Position numbers and translations under genes: made by a program
Part shown: piece by piece, positions 57,070 to 64,000 of the stretch
How the letters are laid out: every line of letters starts with the position of its first letter
Numbering within the stretch: position 1 is the stretch's first letter
Notes under the pieces: model-generated
What the model saw: the letters and a program-made list of their open reading frames with translations, nothing else
Databases searched by the model: none
Told to the model about the DNA's origin: nothing
Origin: Chrysomallon squamiferum
Lineage: Eukaryota; Animalia; Mollusca
Assembly (NCBI GenBank): GCA_012295275.1
Contig: CM022668.1
Location: 15,066,001 to 15,130,000 of the forward strand
Direction: 5' to 3'
DNA: 64,000 nucleotides

Positions 57070-60000
57070 TCCTTATTGTTTTTTGCTCGTTAAATTTGTA
57101 AATCCTTGAAACACATTATTCCTTATCAGCTTGTGAAACACACACTCAGGTATTCCTTGTCACAGTAATATTTTCTTAACAAACTGCATAGATCGTGTAC
57201 ATCTGAAAACACATCCATTATTTCGTGTACTGGTCCAAGTACACGAAAATGAGGTTGGGGATTCTGCCGAAGATATCAGTATGTGTTAAACAACATAATA
57301 TTCATTATTTATCTTGTTTCATTTTCAAGCACAAAATCTTAAAGTTACAAGAAAGTCTTATTTTTGAAGATTTCGAAAAAGTTTCAACGTTGTATTTTTC
57401 TTGTTTTGGTTTGAAGCACACAATATTTTAATTACGACAACTTGCTTTGACACTTATTTTTGGATATTTTATATATTAAAAAGATCCTCAGTGTTCTTTG
57501 CACAGTTTTTGTTTGTTAAACAATGACACATGATAAATTCTAAAGTCGAATAAATGTCAGTTCATCAAGGCCAACAAATTTGTGCAAGGACAAATATTTA
57601 AAAAAAAAAAAAAATAAATAAATAAAAAATATAAAAATACAAATCCGTTAAAAATTCACAGCTGCCTGTATCTCAGTTTTTAACGACACAGAAAATGTTG
57701 TCGGTTGTTGCTCATATTGAAAGAGAATCCACTAAGTCGATCACTTCCTATTTTGAAGATAAATAAAACTTCTTTTTTTTTCTTAATTTTTATATTTTTT
57801 TTTATCCAGTAGTTGTTTTTTCATCTGCTCATTTCACCTTAGGCTGCTGCACAGCAGTTTATCGATACGAAATAAAACAAACAATCGTTTAAATGTCGAA
57901 GCTTACTTACTGGCAGTATTAGTCTGCTAAATCAACTACACAAATACACAGAAATAAAAATGAAGATCAAAACAGATGTAAAAACTTAATGAAAAGAAAA
58001 AATTTGAAATAAATGTCGAAGCTGGTCACGTTGCATGAATTATTTTTGAAATCCCAGCAGCTGTTTGCTTGCCAAATAATTTAAATATTTTGATAAGAAT
58101 TAATATCTGGTAGTTTCTGCAATGAAATGTTTCATTTTACTGAAAGACAAGAGATCTCTCTATTGTGTTTTTTTCATTCAACGTTCGTTATTAGATAGGA
58201 GAGTCATTTTGGTGCGGAGTATGTAGCCAGGAATTTATTTATGTATGTATTCATCATCTATTATGAAAACAATGGTTTCTATTATTCCCAGTCACTTCAG
58301 AATCTCTAACAAAAGGGAAAAATTTCACAGAACGAGATAACTGTGAATTTTATCGTTTTTCTAGTTTTGTGTCCGAAAATAACGATTACCCTGTACGTAA
58401 AACGTTATTCACAGATATTCTGTTGTTAAAAGAATTCGCCTGAATTTTTTTAATTTAATTTTCTTTGTATGTCTATGATTTATGATATAATTTAGAGAGA
58501 TGTTGCGGAGGACAGATAAACTTTATTTAACTTAGGCCGTTTCGTAGAAAGGTCATTAAACATTAATACACAGATTCATTTTTAAAAAAAAAAAACCAAA
58601 TAAACCTGAATATTAAAACAATGGTTTGTTGTCCATTTTCGTCCTTTAATGTTTTAAAACAACAATTCTCTGTGAATATAATTATTCATAACATTCCTTT
58701 ATTTGTGTGGCTTCTTTCGTAATAAAACTGTCATACACTGCTACAAACATTGATGATTTTTACCGTTTTAAATTCAGCAGCAGTAAATCCACAATACTCT
58801 AACTAATAAGACAGTTTGCTGTGTTTGTCATGTCTTGATATTGATTCATTTCTTCTCAAAGTAAAACACTGGTCTCTGACTTTATTTCTGTTGAGTCCAA
58901 AAAATCCTGTATAAAACAGTAATTTTATAATATTTCATCTCTTCTTTAGATTTTGTTTCTTCTACCAAAGCACCGAAAACAGCAGGTAGATTTATTAATT
59001 CCTTTTGCTTGTTTCTCTTCTAATAAACGAATAATTCCCAGTGTAACTTCTTAATTCACGATAATTATTCAGTTTTTGAGATTCTTTTGCTTCTCGTAAA
59101 AAAATCAGACACCATTTCAGTGATTCCTAGTTTGTTACCATTCTAGTTTATATCTTGATAAATCTATAATTCAAGGAAAATTCCGATTTCTTTTCCTACC
59201 GTAACTATTTCCCTATACAGCAGACTATATACTAATGAATCTATAATTCCTTGTGCAAAAGAACGATTCCATTTTGTAGAAATACTTGTAATAAATCCTT
59301 AATTCCCTAGTCCGTAGAATAAATCAGATATTTCTAATGATTTACCTTTCACACTTTACAAACACCCTTAAACATTATAAGAACAAGCAAAGTATGTATT
59401 CAAGATTCTTCTGTATTCACAATTCACAATTCTCCACAGTACACAGTGATACACAGTACTTATCCTTTATTCCAGATTATGCCACAATTTCCTGAGTAAA
59501 AACAACAATGCATAATATGGAGTACTTCGCTTGCGCACCTTCAGACAAAACAATCAAACCACTAGAACAAAGAATCGTAACACGTAATCTCGTTTCAGAA
59601 TTTTCCTCACAAAACGAGAATCACAATTTTCTTCTAGATTTTCTTCACACAAATCCTTATTTACTCATGCAATCCAGTATTTTCCAGTTTTTTCTTCTTC
59701 ATATAATACTGTTAATCCCAGCAGTTTATATTATTTTTTTTCTTTTGAATTTCTATTTTATCAAATTCTTAATTAATTAAAACTATAATTTACCTTTTCC
59801 AGTTATTTTTGTTTCTACTGTCTAAACAGCTAATGCTATCACAGCTGATAATATTAATTTCCTAAATTTCAAGACGCTGTCCAAATAAAGTCAAATTTTC
59901 TATATAAAACATGATGATTTACTTCATTTAAACTGATTTGCATATTATAATATCTTGTCCAATCCATGATCGCTATGTGAAAATAACAACTAATTGTTCA

Positions 60001-60912
60001 CTTCTTTTTCATGTAAGTTTCTTTTTCTGAGCAAGAAAAAAATCAAACATTGTCATAAAGTTTAATACTTCCAAGCTTTCTTATTATGTCGTAATAAAAT
60101 AATAATTCTCTAAACAACGGAATTACATCATTCTCTTTTCTTCTCAGTTTCAGACAAATAAATCCATACTTTCATATGCAATAGGGTTGTTTACGAAATC
60201 CCTGTTTTGTATGTTGTCACAAAGCAGGGAAAAATCTGCACTCTTGGCGATCCAGTTCTTATTAAACCAGGTTTTCTTAAGCAAGGGTATTAATCATGTC
60301 TCTAAATTCTGGCATTAACAAACAGCAAAACAGCAAAACAATAATTTACGAATTCCCTACTCCGAATTCCTTATTCCCCAGCATACCTCCTTTTCTTACA
60401 AAAACAGGTGTATATTCCTTACATCTGCCTGTCTTCCTCAAACACAAGCAGTTTCATTAAGCACCGGTCTTCCACATACAGGTGTTCATGTGGAATCTTC
60501 CTTAACGTAAATATCTTCGTTAAAAACTAATTTTCATTACGTCCTATCACATTAATATCTTCCTTAAAAACAAGTCTCTTGCTTGATCTCTAGTATCATA
60601 TAAAAACAAAAACATGTATTTATGCTGCACATGTGTGAATCTTCCTTACAAACGTGTGTATTTCTTATACACAGATATCTTACTTCAAAGCATGTAACTT
60701 CCTGGAACTCCAGTATCTTTCATAGACAAGTGTATATTCCATACGCATTGATATCTTTCTTTTAAAAAAACCCCGTATCTTCCATACAAACGTGAATATT
60801 CTTTACACAGTTATGTCTTCTTTACACCCGTGTATATTCCTTATACACTAACGTCTTACTTAACAAGCGAGTGTCTTCCTTAATCACTGGTGCCTTCCGC
60901 ATATACGTATGT

Positions 60913-61030
60913 ATTCCTTGTACACTAGTACATTCCTTGCACACTAGTATCTTCCTTGCACACTAGTATCTTCCTTGCACACTAGTATCTTCCTTGCACA
61001 CTAGTGTCTTCCTTATACACCAGTCTTCCT
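60913..61030. repeat. 19-bp minisatellite; degenerate copies extend left to about 60400
   Basis: ACACTAGTATCTTCCTTGC at 60922, 60941, 60960, 60979, 60998. Confidence 0.95.
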
Positions 61031-61094
61031 CTCTTTTCCTCAAACTCTGGTAACGTTTGTTTTTTTCTCTCCTTCTACGCTAAGCTATTCTTAC

Positions 61095-61138
61095 GTCTGG
61101 ATCGCCGCTGCATCTCTCTTCCTTATCCTGTTTTCCAT
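61095..61138 (-). CDS. Candidate alternative first coding exon: MENRIRKRDAAAIQ(T), phase-2 end
   Basis: 14 codons + AC then donor GTAAGA; immediately downstream of a CpG-rich promoter-like island; TCAGTT initiator-like motif near 61185-61190. Confidence 0.45.
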
Positions 61139-61179
61139 GAATGACTGCGCGCGAGGCAAACAAAAAAAAAAAAAACACA

Positions 61180-61445
61180 AAAAAAAACTGAGCCTGGTCG
61201 TGTAGCAGTGAGCCAGCAGACCCAGTGAATAATAATACCGCACGTCGTATCACGTATCCAGGAATGTTCAAACAGCTCGACGAGAGATCTGACCCTGTAA
61301 TAAGGACGTCTCACTCCCCCCCCCCACCATCCAACCCGCGCGCGCGCGCGCGTGCTCTCTCTTACGTGGCTCGCGCGTGCCTTTCTACTTGTCCTGCTGC
61401 GAGGAAAGAGCCTCCATGTGACGCAGGGGGGGAGAGGGGGGTGTT
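61180..61445 (-). promoter_or_regulatory. CpG-rich promoter-like island
   Basis: (CG)8 at 61337-61352, C-run and G-run, ACGT-core motifs (TCACGTAT, TTACGTGG) and TGACGCA. Confidence 0.5.
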
Positions 61446-61860
61446 TTTCTGATCGCTGTTGATGATACGTTTAGCGTACTGTTCTGAGAAAGTCGAGATG
61501 TACTCCTATAAATTTTCGCGTGTTTTGAGTTTGACTTTATTTTCGAGTTTGACTTTATTTATCTAATATTATCAGAGAAACCGTTTGTCGAGTGATACAG
61601 AAGTATATTTTTTTTTTTTTTTTTTTTTACTCTATATTTAATACCTTTAGCAATATGTTTCCAAGAGATACATAATAACTGTTTTGTATATCGCGAGTTT
61701 TAACTTGTATACTAATTGTGTGTGCTATACTGTTGTAATCAGTACGCTGAAGCACATCTGCTAAATGTTTATAATTGTTTTCAAGCTTTATTTTAATATT
61801 CTGATACAATTATCAATATTGTTGTGAATGATAGAGTGATGTATATCTGCTAAGTGTTTT

Positions 61861-61891
<31 letters not shown>

Positions 61892-63345
61892 ATGTTCTAA
61901 TGCCTTTACCAGCCTATACCCACCATGGAACCATATTTATTAAATGTTTGCATCTTTCGAGTTATAGATTATATATAATTGTTAACATTATGTGCATAAT
62001 ATCATTAGCATATAGTTCACAAAACTGCCACATATAACTGTTAAAAAGAAAATACACAAAAGCAACAAAATGCAAACTGCATTTAAGATCAACATCATCA
62101 ACATTGACAACCATACAACAATAACAAATGGAGCAGCAACAGCAACAGTAACATCAATATAATGGTATGTATATCCAAACAAAATTAGACCTAATGCTAG
62201 TTTTTTTATTATTGGTACTTTTTTAACATTTGTGCATATATATATATATGTATGTAAGCACGTACATATGTATGTATGTATGCATATATGTATGTATGCA
62301 TGTATAAATACACACATACGTACAGTTATTTTGTATATCAGCAGTATTAGAACTGTAGGGTTATTTTCATGTTACTTGTTTTCGTGATACAAATATTTGT
62401 TATATCAGGCAGCTTTGTAATTTTTAGATTGTAAAATATTATCATTTTATTAGGAGACACAAACAGAACCTATCAAATAAAGAGAAGCAAACACAATATA
62501 ACAAAGATAGCGAACATCATTTCTTGAAGTACGCACGTAAATATCTATACAGACATACATTCATACATACAAACATACATCGATACAAATATACTTGCAT
62601 ACATGCATACATACATAGACACATACATACATAAAGAAACATTCAAACACATATATACTCAAAACATATACATTACAAACTCGTCGATTCCTGAAGGAAA
62701 AAAAAACGTATAAAAAAAACCCAAAACCCCAGAAAACATTTTTTTTTTTTTAGATTTCTAAAACAAATTGTTTTATTTTTATTACCTATCACATATCCTC
62801 TACTCATTGCTCTTCAAATAAGAAAACTAAAAAAAAAAAAAAAAAAAAAAAAAAACATTCAAGAAAAAAAAAAAAAAAAAAAAAAGAAATATTTTTTATC
62901 CACCAAAACAAGATCTATTTCAATGTAAGTAGTACGGCGTTAATTAACGTTCAAAGCAAGACAAACTCATTATTCTTTATTTTTTTATATTTCTTGATTT
63001 GAAACTGGGAAATAAATATGAAAGGTGGGAAAAAAAAAAAAAAAAAATGAAGAGTTTTATTACATAGTATACCACTTTGGCTAGGCCATCAATTGCTGAC
63101 TTATTGCTGCATGTATCTGTGTTAGAAATAAACGCTAAAAACGGTTTTATATTTCCGTAAAAGATATACAACACTGAAATATCTCTATTCGGTTAATCAG
63201 CAAGCTTTGTAGAAATAGCCATGGACGAGGGAAGTAGACGAGAGGAGTGTGCATCTCGCAGTGATTATGATTCTGAATCACTGTGTTAGTTGTGAATGTA
63301 CGTGCCGGGTCACGATTAAATAAACTGAGATGTACAAGAATAACT

Positions 63346-63555
<210 letters not shown>

Positions 63556-64000
63556 TACAGACATACATATAGACATATAACCAGATAGATAGATAGACAG
63601 ACATATATATGGTTAGAGAGAGATGAAGTATAAGGGAGAAAGAAACAGACAGAAAGAATGAAAGAGAGATATAAAGATAGAGAGATATAGAGAGCAACTA
63701 AGAGAGAAATAAGAAAAAAAGACAAAAAGACAAACTGGATACTGGCCCACATATCTGTAATATTAATACATTTGTTCTTTTTTTTATTTTGTTTTTGTTT
63801 TTTTTATGTATGTTCATTATACTATCGCCTTTTATTTCATTCTCCTTAACAGTGCCTTACAATTTTCAAACACTTGCACTCTCCTCTCTGTGTTTCTCTC
63901 CAGGAAAATACAATATTTATTTTATTATTTGGAAAAACAAAACAAGCAGTAAACATCATAATATCCGAAACTGTCCGACAATATCCGAGAATGTCCGAAA

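Overview
This is eukaryotic DNA, not prokaryotic. It is AT-rich and saturated with microsatellites ((GA)n, (TA)n, (CA)n, (AAT)n, (AGT)n, (GAA)n, poly-A/T), consistent with an invertebrate animal genome (taxon not determinable). Nearly all ORFs in the supplied track are microsatellite read-throughs. I recognised no complete gene, RNA gene, transposase or CRISPR array. The non-repetitive signal sits in short CpG-rich islands. Several of these look like alternative promoters with first exons on the minus strand: ATG-initiated reading frames that run into a GT donor in intron phase 2 (33130-33317, 44504-44646, 61095-61138, 57059-57069, weaker ones near 45.0, 47.5 and 48.1 kb). There are also candidate non-coding first exons (14.1, 32.2, 53.1 kb). 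The window carries at least nine perfect CREs (TGACGTCA), mostly clustered at these islands, plus MEF2, RFX X-box, PAR-bZIP and CTCF-like motifs. Best reading (inference): this is the 5' multi-promoter region of one large cAMP/Ca2+-responsive gene whose shared exons lie left of position 1. A PDE4/dunce-type architecture is a plausible but unverified hypothesis. Several minisatellites are present, including a 50-bp ACTAAC-rich array with a CRISPR-like look that is not CRISPR.
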